NCBI GenBank assembly: GCA_023657465.1
Contig: JAGTJX010000002.1
Span: forward strand, 304,136 to 336,135
Reading direction: 5' to 3'
DNA from: Lysobacteraceae bacterium
GTDB lineage: Bacteria > Bdellovibrionota > UBA1018 > JAGTJX01
DNA: 32,000 bases
A program made the position numbers and the translations under genes. The notes beneath the pieces are model-generated. The model had not been told where the DNA came from. It worked only from the letters and a program-made list of their open reading frames with translations, and made no database searches. Below are positions 1-8,632 of the stretch, piece after piece (within the stretch, counting starts at the first letter, position 1; every line of letters starts with the position of its first letter).

Positions 1-1
1 A

Positions 2-1837
2 GACTACAAGCGTGAATACGCAGAGAGCGTCAGCGATCCAGAAGGATATTGGGCTAAGCAGGGAGAAGACTTCGTTTGGAATCGGAAGTGGGACAAGGTT
101 CTAGAGTGGGATTACCAGAAACCCGAATTCAAATGGTTCATAGGTGCCAAGCTCAACATCACTGAGAATGCTCTCGATCGACATTTGAAGACTCGCGGTG
201 ACCAAGTCGCACTTATCTGGGAAGCAAATGATCCCCAGGAAAAATCCAAGAAATATACTTACAATGAGTTACACATAGAAGTTTGCAAAGCTGCAAACAT
301 GCTGCGTACTCGAGGAGTCAAGAAAGGCGACCGTGTTTGCATCTACATGCCAATGGTTCCTGAGCTTACTTTTGCAGTACTTGCCTGTGCGCGCATAGGT
401 GCTGTTCACTCCGTAATCTTCGCAGGATTCTCTGCAGGATCTATCGTTGATCGGATCAATGATTGTGGAGCAGTAGCAGTTCTCACCGCTGATGGTGGAT
501 ATCGTGGAGATAAAACGATTCCACTACTTTCGGTCGTGAATGAGGCTCTTGAGAAATGCCCGACTGTCAGATCTGTCACTGTTTTGAATCGCATACGTAT
601 GGAATCAACTCTTAAACCAGGATTCCATTTCGACTGGAGCACAGAGATTGCAAAACAAAAATCTGAGTGCTCTCCAGAAGTGATGAACGCAGAAGATCCA
701 CTCTTCATTCTCTACACTTCAGGCTCCACGGGGAAACCTAAAGGCATGGTGCATACTACTGCGGGCTACATGGTCTATACCAATACAACTTTCAGGACAG
801 TGTTTCAATACCGCGCGGGGGAAGTTTACTTCTGCACAGCTGATATCGGCTGGATCACGGGTCATTCGTATCTTCTCTATGGGCCACTCACCGCAGCTGC
901 GACGACGCTCATGTTTGAAGGAGTGCCGACTTATCCAGACAGAGGAAGATTTTGGGAAATCATCGAGAAGCATCAAGTAAATATTTTCTACACAGCTCCG
1001 ACTGCGATTCGGTCACTTCAGCAGTTTCCACTTGAACTCGTCAAGCGTTCAAATCTCTTATCACTGAGAGTTCTAGGGTCAGTGGGCGAGCCCATCAACG
1101 AAGAAGCATGGAACTGGTACTCGCACGAAATCGGTGGAGATCGATGTCCCGTCATCGATACTTGGTGGCAGACAGAGACGGGCGGATTCATGATCTCACC
1201 TATTGCTGGAGTAACGAAGCTCAAGCCATCATTCGCAGGTCTTCCGCTCCCAGGTGTACAGCCTGAGATCATGGATGGAGATAAGCTTGCGATCAAATTC
1301 CCTTGGCCTGGGCAAGCACGCACCATCTACGGCAATCACAAGAGATTCCGTGAGACGTACTTCAGCGCTTTCCCAGGAAAGTATTTTACTGGTGATGGAT
1401 GCAAGCGAGACAGTGATGGCTTCTACCGGATCACAGGCCGAGTGGACGACATCGTGATCGTGTCAGGACATAATCTCGGCACTGCAGAGATTGAGAGTGC
1501 GATCAATGAGCATTCTCAAGTCATAGAGAGCGCAGTCGTAGGTTATCCTCACGATATCAAGGGAAATGCTCTGTATGCGTACGTGATCTGCTATGAGATG
1601 CCGCGCGAACCTGAGAAACTTCGTGCTGAGATTCAAGCTACAGTTTCCAAGATCATTGGGTCAATCGCTAAGCCAGATAAGATTCAGTTTGTTCCAGGAT
1701 TACCTAAGACTCGTTCGGGTAAGATCATGCGTAGGATTCTCCGCAAGATTGCAGAAGGTGATACTTCAAATTTAGGGGATACGAGCACGCTACTTGATCC
1801 AGGAGTAGTCGAATTAATTAAGAACGATAAGATTTAA
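2..1837 (+). CDS. acs: Acetyl-CoA synthetase (AMP-forming), 5'-truncated by the window edge
   Basis: The frame is open from nt 2 (DYKREYAESVSDPEGYWAKQ...), so the track start at 185 is an internal TTG. It carries the adenylate-forming motifs YTSGSTGKPKG and TWWQTETGG. The C-terminus PKTRSGKIMRRILRKIAEGD..LGDTSTL is typical of Acs. Confidence 0.93.
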   Translation, partial: DYKREYAESVSDPEGYWAKQGEDFVWNRKWDKVLEWDYQKPEFKWFIGAKLNITENALDRHLKTRGDQVALIWEANDPQEKSKKYTYNELHIEVCKAANMLRTRGVKKGDRVCIYMPMVPELTFAVLACARIGAVHSVIFAGFSAGSIVDRINDCGAVAVLTADGGYRGDKTIPLLSVVNEALEKCPTVRSVTVLNRIRMESTLKPGFHFDWSTEIAKQKSECSPEVMNAEDPLFILYTSGSTGKPKGMVHTTAGYMVYTNTTFRTVFQYRAGEVYFCTADIGWITGHSYLLYGPLTAAATTLMFEGVPTYPDRGRFWEIIEKHQVNIFYTAPTAIRSLQQFPLELVKRSNLLSLRVLGSVGEPINEEAWNWYSHEIGGDRCPVIDTWWQTETGGFMISPIAGVTKLKPSFAGLPLPGVQPEIMDGDKLAIKFPWPGQARTIYGNHKRFRETYFSAFPGKYFTGDGCKRDSDGFYRITGRVDDIVIVSGHNLGTAEIESAINEHSQVIESAVVGYPHDIKGNALYAYVICYEMPREPEKLRAEIQATVSKIIGSIAKPDKIQFVPGLPKTRSGKIMRRILRKIAEGDTSNLGDTSTLLDPGVVELIKNDKI

Positions 1838-1839
1838 AA

Positions 1840-2664
1840 TTACTTCTTATTCTTTTTCTCTTCATCAGCTTCCTTGTTGTCGTTATCCTTAATGGTCTGA
1901 CGAACAAGATTACGCATGATGCGGTTACGATTCACACCACCGACGAGTGACTTCACATCATCATAAAGTGATGCATCGTTCACGAGAGCGCCGAGAGTAC
2001 CGGTACCGTTATTGATCTTCTCTAATATTCCATTGAGGTTCTTCACTGAAGATTTGAGCTTAATACCTTCCATCTCTTTGTTGAGGTGATCCGTCATCGT
2101 AGACATGTTTCTAGAAGTCTGTGCGAGACTCTCAAACAGAATATCTGCGCGGTTGTTCTTCTGAAGTGAAGCCATGACCTTATCGAGATTCGATGCAATA
2201 GAGTTCAGGCTCGCCATGAGCTTCTCGCCGTCGTTGAGGAACTTGCCGATGCCGCCGCCTTCACTGGTGGGAATCTCAGCGCCTGCTTCAAGTTCTGGGT
2301 CCTTATTAAGACCTGGAGTCAGTGAAACGTACTTATCACCGAGTACGCCTTGGGTTTGAACTTCTGCGTGAGTGCCTTTACGGATGCGATCTTGAAATTT
2401 TGTATTGATGTCGTAGCTGATTTTAACTTTTGGGTTATCGTTTTCGAATTCTATTTTTGCAATCGTTCCGACTTGAATCCCTGAGAGCACCACTTTGGCT
2501 CCAGGAGTGATACCATCGACGCTTTCAAAGTAAGAATGGTAGGTTGCAACTTGAGAGAAGATACTGGTCGCTCCACCGAGGAAAATCACAGCCGCCATGA
2601 AGAGGCCAAGCCCCACAGCAACGAATACTCCCACTTTTAATTCACTCTCAACCTTTGTTTGCAT
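1840..2664 (-). CDS. mlaD: MlaD/Mce-family substrate-binding component of a lipid ABC transporter
   Basis: It has an N-terminal TM helix (VGVFVAVGLGLFMAAVIFLGG) followed by an Mce-type beta-barrel signature (SVDGITPGAKVVLSGIQVGTIAKIEF). An AGGAG RBS lies inside the mlaF 3' end, and the gene overlaps mlaF by 17 nt. The C-terminal tail is acidic and Lys-rich. Confidence 0.8.
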   Translation of the reverse strand: MQTKVESELKVGVFVAVGLGLFMAAVIFLGGATSIFSQVATYHSYFESVDGITPGAKVVLSGIQVGTIAKIEFENDNPKVKISYDINTKFQDRIRKGTHAEVQTQGVLGDKYVSLTPGLNKDPELEAGAEIPTSEGGGIGKFLNDGEKLMASLNSIASNLDKVMASLQKNNRADILFESLAQTSRNMSTMTDHLNKEMEGIKLKSSVKNLNGILEKINNGTGTLGALVNDASLYDDVKSLVGGVNRNRIMRNLVRQTIKDNDNKEADEEKKNKK

Positions 2665-3397
2665 GACTTTCAGCTCCTAAGAAGGATTTAACTAACGGAT
2701 CGGAAGAATTCTGCAAATTCTGAACAGTATCAATCACATGGATTTTGCCTTGGTTCAGAATCGCAATTCTCTCAGAAATTTGAACAGCTGCAGGAATATC
2801 GTGGGTGACGAAGATGCCAGTCATTCCACGTTCTTTCAATTTTTTGACGTTATCGAGTAATCTCTGAGTGTTCATTGGATCTAAACCCGCAGTAGGTTCA
2901 TCGAACAGAATCACTTCAGGTCCTAGGATGATTGCTCGAGCAAGGCCTGCTCGCTTCTGCATACCGCCTGAGAGCTCAGCAGGTAGAAGGAGATTAGATC
3001 CCTTCATGTCGATGAGTTCTAGCATAGCGTTGACCTTGCTATGGATTTGAGCGTTACTTAACTTTGTGTGTTCTTGTAGAGGGTAGGAGAGGTTTTCTTC
3101 TACTGTAAGAGAGTCAAAGAGTGCTCCATTCTGAAAAACGTAAGCAATTTTCTTTCTCACTTCCATGAGCTTACGCTCACTGAGTGTGGCAAGATCTTGT
3201 CCTTCAAACAAAATCTTACCTGCGTCGGGTTTCTCAAGGCCAATGATCGATCTTAAGATCACGCTCTTACCTGAGCCAGATCCTCCGAAGAGACCTAAGA
3301 CTTCACCCTTACGGAGTTCGAAGCTCACTCCCTTGTGAACGTTCTTTTCACCGAATGATTTTTCTAGTCCTTCGACTCTGAGAGCGATTTCACCCAT
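2648..3397 (-). CDS. mlaF: ABC transporter ATP-binding protein, MlaF-like
   Basis: Walker A is GGSGSGKS, the ABC signature is LSGGMQKRAGLARA, and Walker B is ILFDEPTAGLD. It sits between the MlaE-like and MlaD-like genes, and its start directly abuts the mlaE stop. Confidence 0.85.
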   Translation of the reverse strand: MGEIALRVEGLEKSFGEKNVHKGVSFELRKGEVLGLFGGSGSGKSVILRSIIGLEKPDAGKILFEGQDLATLSERKLMEVRKKIAYVFQNGALFDSLTVEENLSYPLQEHTKLSNAQIHSKVNAMLELIDMKGSNLLLPAELSGGMQKRAGLARAIILGPEVILFDEPTAGLDPMNTQRLLDNVKKLKERGMTGIFVTHDIPAAVQISERIAILNQGKIHVIDTVQNLQNSSDPLVKSFLGAESHANKG

Positions 3398-4189
3398 TTA
3401 GTTGAACCTCGGATAGACGGTCATGATGAAAATCTTCGTGAGGAAGTAGTCACTTGTCATAATGAAGATACTAGAAGCAACAACAACCCTAGTGGTGGTG
3501 ATACCGACGCCTTGAGTACCGCCATCGGTATTGAGACCTTTCCAGCAAGAAGATACAGCGATGAAAAATGCGAACACCGAGGTCTTGAGCATTCCTGTCC
3601 AGAGATCGTACATGCGAAGAGTATCGTTGGCCTTATTGATGAAGAATTCGTAGTTGATGTTGAATTCGCCACGAGAGACAAGCATCGCACCCCAAAGACC
3701 AATGTAATCCGCAAATAATGTGAGAATGGGTAAAGCAATCATCGCAGCGAGTAACCTGGGAATGACGATACGTTTGATAGGAGAAGTACCGAGAGCTCGA
3801 ATCGCGTCGATCTGTTGTGTGACTTTCATCGAAGCAACTTCAGCTGCGATTCCTGATCCTACACGACCTGCAACGAGCAAACTGGTGAACACTGGGCCCA
3901 TTTCCCTTGCAATGGAGAGTGCAATGATCTTAGGGATGTAGAGAGTGCCTCCAAATTTTGCAAGTCCTGCTCCGAATTGCAGAGCCATCACTGATCCTGT
4001 TGCAAACCCAGTGACAGCTACTAAGAAGAAAGACTGTACACCGATTGAGTAGATTTGCATGACGGTGAGTCTGAAGTAGTAAGGAGGATAGAAGAATTCT
4101 CGGATGATTTGGCCACAGAGACTTCCGAATCCACCTAAGAAGAACAAGAAACTATGAGCTCTCTTAATGGTTTTTTGGAAGATATTCAT
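3398..4189 (-). CDS. mlaE: MlaE-family ABC transporter permease
   Basis: It is a multi-TM protein with the conserved MlaE core REMGPVFTSLLVAGRVGSGIAAEVASMKVTQQIDAIRALG. An ATGA overlap joins it to the upstream lipoprotein gene. Confidence 0.85.
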   Translation of the reverse strand: MNIFQKTIKRAHSFLFFLGGFGSLCGQIIREFFYPPYYFRLTVMQIYSIGVQSFFLVAVTGFATGSVMALQFGAGLAKFGGTLYIPKIIALSIAREMGPVFTSLLVAGRVGSGIAAEVASMKVTQQIDAIRALGTSPIKRIVIPRLLAAMIALPILTLFADYIGLWGAMLVSRGEFNINYEFFINKANDTLRMYDLWTGMLKTSVFAFFIAVSSCWKGLNTDGGTQGVGITTTRVVVASSIFIMTSDYFLTKIFIMTVYPRFN

Positions 4190-4752
4190 CTGAGTGTGAG
4201 TGATTCGCTAAAACGCTTAAAAACAGCTTCTTGTGTTTTGAAAAATTGTGGGCGAGCGACGTAGAGTAGATCGTAGAGACAATTATCGTTCTTAAATACG
4301 ATTGCTCTCAACATGACAGGTTCATTATTGAGTTTGCCTCTGACAGTCGTCTGAAGCGCAGGAACTCCTCGTTTAATCATGAGAGTTTCTTTTTCTTCTT
4401 TGTAATCGATGTTTGATAATCCCAAGAAGAGTGACTTTGTGTATGAACTCAGAGATTGAGATCTCAGTCTGAGAGAATCTCTACACGTAGAGTTCAGAGT
4501 GATTGTTGAGGCTGTCTTCTTAGATTGAAAACTCACGTCAGTGATAGATCCATCATCTTTAGCATCACTCTCGAGTTGCTGTGGTTGAACGGAATCCACT
4601 CTCGACCAATCGGGGTCTTCGTTAGTGAGATCCAAAATTCCATATGTCTCAGATTTTTCGGCAACAGGTTTCACATTACCGATGAGGATGCCACAAGCAC
4701 TCACGGAAAACAGTACAGCACAAACGCAAATGCGTTGTACGAGGGATGCCAT
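4186..4752 (-). CDS. Putative lipoprotein of unknown family, first gene of the mla-like operon
   Basis: The signal peptide has the lipobox VSAC (MASLVQRICVCAVLFSVSAC|G). It overlaps mlaE by 4 nt (ATGA). I recognised no family motif, and no clear SD precedes the ATG. Confidence 0.6.
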   Translation of the reverse strand: MASLVQRICVCAVLFSVSACGILIGNVKPVAEKSETYGILDLTNEDPDWSRVDSVQPQQLESDAKDDGSITDVSFQSKKTASTITLNSTCRDSLRLRSQSLSSYTKSLFLGLSNIDYKEEKETLMIKRGVPALQTTVRGKLNNEPVMLRAIVFKNDNCLYDLLYVARPQFFKTQEAVFKRFSESLTLR

Positions 4753-4806
4753 ATACTTATAGATGTTAGGTGAGAGTGAGCGCGAAGTACAGAGCGACCA
4801 TTGGCG

Positions 4807-4868
4807 TCAAAAAAAATTAATTCATGTGAACTCTTTGACGGAAGGGTCAAAAAAAACATCAAAAAAAA
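4807..4868. repeat. Three copies of TCAAAAAAAA (A8 tracts) in the divergent intergenic region
   Basis: The A8 runs lie at 4809-4816, 4849-4856 and 4861-4868, each preceded by TC. They probably confer intrinsic DNA curvature. Confidence 0.7.
4834..4851. promoter_or_regulatory. Perfect palindrome TTTGAC-N6-GTCAAA, a candidate operator or upstream activating sequence
   Basis: The sequence is TTTGACggaaggGTCAAA. A further GTCAAA half-site lies at 4806-4811. The palindrome centre is about 139 bp upstream of the sigma-54 -24 element and about 90 bp from the divergent lipoprotein start. Confidence 0.35.
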
Positions 4869-4979
4869 TCTACTTCTGGACTTTGAGATCGCTAGGAGGA
4901 TTCGATCTAGAAATTATCTTTATAGGCAATTCAATCACTTAACTCATTTTACCTACAATTTCTTGCCTATTGGAAAATA

Positions 4980-4995
4980 TGGCATCCCCTTTGCT
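4980..4995 (+). promoter_or_regulatory. Sigma-54 (-24/-12) promoter
   Basis: TGGCATcccctTTGCT matches TGGCAC-N5-TTGCW at 10 of 11 specified positions. GG (4981-82) and GC (4993-94) are separated by exactly 10 nt. The GAGGAG RBS (5009-14) and the ATG at 5027 follow immediately. Confidence 0.7.
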
Positions 4996-5026
4996 ATGAA
5001 TTACTCCTGAGGAGAACTAGAGCAGG

Positions 5027-7615
5027 ATGCTCATCGCGCTTTTCAGTGCAAGTCTCGCAATCGCTTCATCGGTCTTAGAGGTGGAAACCTTAAAGACTCA
5101 TTCACGCGTACGTCTAAAAATTGACGAAACCATCCCTGCCAAAGTCATCGTGAATAAAAAAGGATTTGAAATCACTGTACCTGGTCTAGCGCCTGACGAT
5201 TTAGGACTCCTTGAGGGAGCGATCAAGGCGAGTGACCAAAGATTTGCTGGCTTGACCGTGGCCAGTACTAAGGACTCGACCCGTATCTCTGCTCACTGGA
5301 AGCAAGAGAACATGGAGACCTTCGATTATAGACAGAAGAATCCTCCTTCTCTCGTTTTGGATTTTTGGTCCAAGGGTGGCCTCACCGCAACTCAGCTTCA
5401 GAAACTTGTTAAGTCAAAAAAGAAAAAGAATAAATGGAGTAAGGCCCAAGCAGGGGTTTCGTCACTCATTCAAGAGATTCAGCGCAGAGAAGCTCGACGT
5501 AAAGAAGTCATCGACCCGAATCGTTTCTGCCGTGGAACAAGAGAAGACGAAACTGAGATTTTTCTCACGTTTAAGCCCGCGCACGAAACGATTGATTTTA
5601 CTAAGTGGATGTCAATCACAACTCCGGATCGTGATTATCCTTATTTGAAGCCTGAAGGTAATACAGAAGAAGAAAAAACTGTAAATCTCGCTCATGAACT
5701 CTTCGAAAGAGGAAAGCACGCGTTAGTTCTTAAGGCTATTGAGTTTTTCCAGAAAGACTATCCTCAGTCCAAATATTTAGAAGATATTCTGTTTTTGAAG
5801 GCAAATACCAAGCTTAAACTTGGACTCACGGCTGAAGCAGATCGTGAATTTCAAGATATCATTCTTAGAGCTCCAAAATCATCTCCTGCCTACTTTTCAG
5901 GATTCATGCAAGCGGTAAAGGCATTCTCTAAAGATGAGTATCTCCAGTCATTGGAGAAGTTCATGTGGTTAGTCGAACATTATCCCGATCATCCAAGTAA
6001 TTGGGTTTTCCACCTCGGTGTTGCTGAGAGTCTTTATGCGATCAAGGAAACAGTGAAAGCAGAGCAGGAATACGAATGGATTGAGAAGAATGCACCAGAC
6101 TTGAGAATTCGATCTGAAGCAGCGTTTCGAGTAGGCGATCTGTATATGAATCGTGAACAATACGCTGAAGCTCTCACTGCATACACTCGTGCGATGAGAA
6201 AATATCCTGAATACACCAAGCATGCTCCGATCGTGTTTATCAACCGTGCTGAGTCTCTCTATTGGTTAGGTGAATATAAACAAGCAGCTACAGAGTTCGA
6301 AAGTTATCTGAAGAACCAGGCGTCTCACCCGATGGGATGGAGAGCATCGTTTCGTTTAGGTGAGTTAGCAGATCGATCTCAAGACCCTAAGGTGAGAGAA
6401 CTGGGTCGTAAATGGTACCAGAAGACTATCAATGATTATCCAGTTTCTGCAGGAGCTGCTCTTTCGCGTGCCCGTCTCATGGTATGTGGTGATCACGGCG
6501 GATTCAGCTATGAACTTGCAGAGGTATTCTTCCACGATCAGAGTCAGATCAGAAGAATAGTAAACGAAAGCGCATCAGATGAAGTTCAAGATTTCATCAG
6601 TCTCGCCCGCGCTAGAACGTATCAGTCTCTCGCTCCTTCAGAGCTCACTCTTCAAGCAATTGAAGATGAGCTCAAGAAGCAAATCAAGAGCAAGACGAGA
6701 GATGAACTCAAGGCACTTCTGCTTGTTGCACTTCGGACTGAAGTGGGTAAGTTGCTCGATGCAAACAAAGGTTACCAGGCACTTCAAATCTATAAAAGCT
6801 ACCGTGACTTGCTTCCGTTCAAAACAGATCCAGACCTAGTGGACTTCATGTTGAAACTTGCTCAATCTGCAATTAGTCTTGAACTTCCAACAGTGGCTCA
6901 GATGGTGCTGGGTGATTACCGTGAACGTTGGGGAACTCGCGCTGAGCCTACTCCAGAAATGGCTATGAAGCGTTCAGACGAATACTATACAGAAGCGCAG
7001 TTGATTTGGGATGCTGAAGGATTAGAGTCCGAAGCCAAGACTCGTGAAGCACTCGATAAAATTCCTGAGATTTCAGAATACTACTATCAGAAAACTGTGC
7101 TTCTGGGTCAGATTGAAGAGAAGAAGGCCAATTTCTCTCAGGCGATCATCTACATCAGTAAGGCTCTTGTTCTCTCTAGTGGGAAAAAGGAACAGCCTAT
7201 TCTCCAGTACTGGGCTGCTAAAACTCTCGCGAAGCTTGAAAGATATGGTGCCGCTGCAAAAGCTTACTCAGATGTTCGTTTTACCGAAGAGCCCATCGTA
7301 TTTATGGGATTAGAAGATTTTCCAGATGAAGAAAGACTCATTGAGCTTGCAGCGGAGAACTATGAGAAAGACAAAAACTGGGGAAAAGCTGCTGAATATT
7401 ATGAAAAATTAGCAGCCGCACAAGAGAAGCCTACGAATCGTACTCTCTATCAACTCGCGATGAATGTAGAGAAGACCGATCCGAAAACAACGAAAGTAAA
7501 AGTGAGTCAGCTATTAAAAAAAGTGAGTATTAGTGAAACCAATGATTTTTGGAAAACATTAGCGCTGGAAGCGCTACAGAATCGAACCAAGGAGGGGACA
7601 GGTAATGGAAATTAA
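5027..7615 (+). CDS. Large TPR-repeat protein, probably secreted or periplasmic, function unknown
   Basis: This is an 862-aa ORF, and the ATG is the first start after an in-frame TAG at 5018. The N-terminus is hydrophobic ([15 protein letters not shown]), followed by a beta-rich N-terminal region, a Lys-rich linker, then many YbgF/BamD-like TPR-type helical repeats (for example [18 protein letters not shown] and [13 protein letters not shown]). The 3' end overlaps the EBP start by 11 nt. Confidence 0.8.
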   Translation: MLIALFSASLAIASSVLEVETLKTHSRVRLKIDETIPAKVIVNKKGFEITVPGLAPDDLGLLEGAIKASDQRFAGLTVASTKDSTRISAHWKQENMETFDYRQKNPPSLVLDFWSKGGLTATQLQKLVKSKKKKNKWSKAQAGVSSLIQEIQRREARRKEVIDPNRFCRGTREDETEIFLTFKPAHETIDFTKWMSITTPDRDYPYLKPEGNTEEEKTVNLAHELFERGKHALVLKAIEFFQKDYPQSKYLEDILFLKANTKLKLGLTAEADREFQDIILRAPKSSPAYFSGFMQAVKAFSKDEYLQSLEKFMWLVEHYPDHPSNWVFHLGVAESLYAIKETVKAEQEYEWIEKNAPDLRIRSEAAFRVGDLYMNREQYAEALTAYTRAMRKYPEYTKHAPIVFINRAESLYWLGEYKQAATEFESYLKNQASHPMGWRASFRLGELADRSQDPKVRELGRKWYQKTINDYPVSAGAALSRARLMVCGDHGGFSYELAEVFFHDQSQIRRIVNESASDEVQDFISLARARTYQSLAPSELTLQAIEDELKKQIKSKTRDELKALLLVALRTEVGKLLDANKGYQALQIYKSYRDLLPFKTDPDLVDFMLKLAQSAISLELPTVAQMVLGDYRERWGTRAEPTPEMAMKRSDEYYTEAQLIWDAEGLESEAKTREALDKIPEISEYYYQKTVLLGQIEEKKANFSQAIIYISKALVLSSGKKEQPILQYWAAKTLAKLERYGAAAKAYSDVRFTEEPIVFMGLEDFPDEERLIELAAENYEKDKNWGKAAEYYEKLAAAQEKPTNRTLYQLAMNVEKTDPKTTKVKVSQLLKKVSISETNDFWKTLALEALQNRTKEGTGNGN

Positions 7616-8570
7616 AACAACAGACCACCGATTGATGGAGCTCATTCAACTGGCAAAAACAGTTGCTCAGAGTAAAGCCACTATTCTTATTCAGGGAGAA
7701 AGTGGAACGGGTAAGGAACTTATGGCTAAACTCATCCATGAGAGCAGTACTCGGAATGCGAAGCCATTCATCGCTATCAACTGCGCTGCGATTCCAGAAA
7801 ATTTGCTGGAAAGTGAATTGTTTGGTTACGAAAAAGGTGCCTTCACAGGTGCGATGAATGCAAAGGCAGGAAAGTTTGAGCTCGCTCACGGTGGAACACT
7901 CCTTCTTGATGAAATTTCAGAAATGGACATTCGACTTCAAGCCAAACTTTTAAGGGTCATTCAAGAAGGTGAAGTCGATCGTATCGGTGGACGTAAACCT
8001 ATTGCTGTCGATGTAAGAATCATTGCAACTACAAACCAAAAGTTAGCCGACGTAGTGAAGGCGGATCAATTCCGAGAAGATCTCTATTTCCGTCTGAACG
8101 TCGTTAATTTGACGATCCCTGCTCTTCGAGATCGGGGCGGAGATGTGGAAGCTCTAGCAAAACAATTCGGGAAGGACTTCGCTGATAAGAATGGCAAAGT
8201 ATTCCAGGGTTTCTCTGAAAGTGCGATTCGCATCATTCAGGGTTATAGCTGGCCAGGAAACGTCCGTGAATTGGAGAATGTCATTGAGCGTGCAGTGATC
8301 ACATCGCAAGCTGGAATTATTTCAGATCGCGATATCGTGATTGATCGTCCGAGCTTTCACAATCTGTCCGATAAAATGGAAATGCTTTCCAGCTCACAAG
8401 CAGGTTGGAATCCAGGACAGACACTCGATAAGATCGAGAAGTCAGTCATCTTGGATGCGCTCAAATACCATAACGGAAATCGTACTCATACAGCCAAGGC
8501 GTTAGGTATTTCAATACGCACTTTACGCAACAAATTAGCTGATTATCGTCGTGATGGTTTGAAGGTCTAG
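7605..8570 (+). CDS. Sigma-54-dependent transcriptional activator (AAA+ EBP with a Fis-type HTH) lacking any N-terminal regulatory domain
   Basis: Walker A GESGTGKE begins about 30 residues from the start. The GAFTGA sigma-54 contact loop is at 7836-7853. Walker B is LLLDEI, and the sensor/R-finger region includes [10 protein letters not shown]. The C-terminal HTH is [20 protein letters not shown]. An AAGGAGGGG RBS lies 9 nt upstream. Confidence 0.9.
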   Translation: MEIKTTDHRLMELIQLAKTVAQSKATILIQGESGTGKELMAKLIHESSTRNAKPFIAINCAAIPENLLESELFGYEKGAFTGAMNAKAGKFELAHGGTLLLDEISEMDIRLQAKLLRVIQEGEVDRIGGRKPIAVDVRIIATTNQKLADVVKADQFREDLYFRLNVVNLTIPALRDRGGDVEALAKQFGKDFADKNGKVFQGFSESAIRIIQGYSWPGNVRELENVIERAVITSQAGIISDRDIVIDRPSFHNLSDKMEMLSSSQAGWNPGQTLDKIEKSVILDALKYHNGNRTHTAKALGISIRTLRNKLADYRRDGLKV

Positions 8571-8632
8571 TTTCAAGCTGGGCAAAATATACCTGGATGG
8601 ATTTTTGAAACCGAGTGTTATTCTGGAGGTGT

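Noticed and set aside
4801-5010. A 69-aa plus-strand ORF in the divergent intergenic region
   Set aside because: It has a TTG start and no RBS. Its Lys-rich sequence is simply the translation of the A8 tracts. It also spans the palindrome and the sigma-54 promoter, so non-coding regulatory DNA explains it better.
7651-7667. TGGCAA-N6-TTGC motif inside the EBP coding region
   Set aside because: The GG-to-GC spacing is 11 nt rather than 10, and the motif is intragenic. It is most likely a chance match.
8571-8611. A sigma-54-like TGGATG-N5-TTGAA (8594-8609) and a 7-bp inverted repeat GTTTCAA...TTGAAAC (8570-76 / 8605-11) between the EBP gene and flgB
   Set aside because: The -12 element lacks the near-invariant GC (it reads TTGA), so it is not a credible sigma-54 promoter. 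The inverted repeat has a long loop of about 28 nt and no U-tract, so there is no support for a terminator. It was noted only as a possible binding site.
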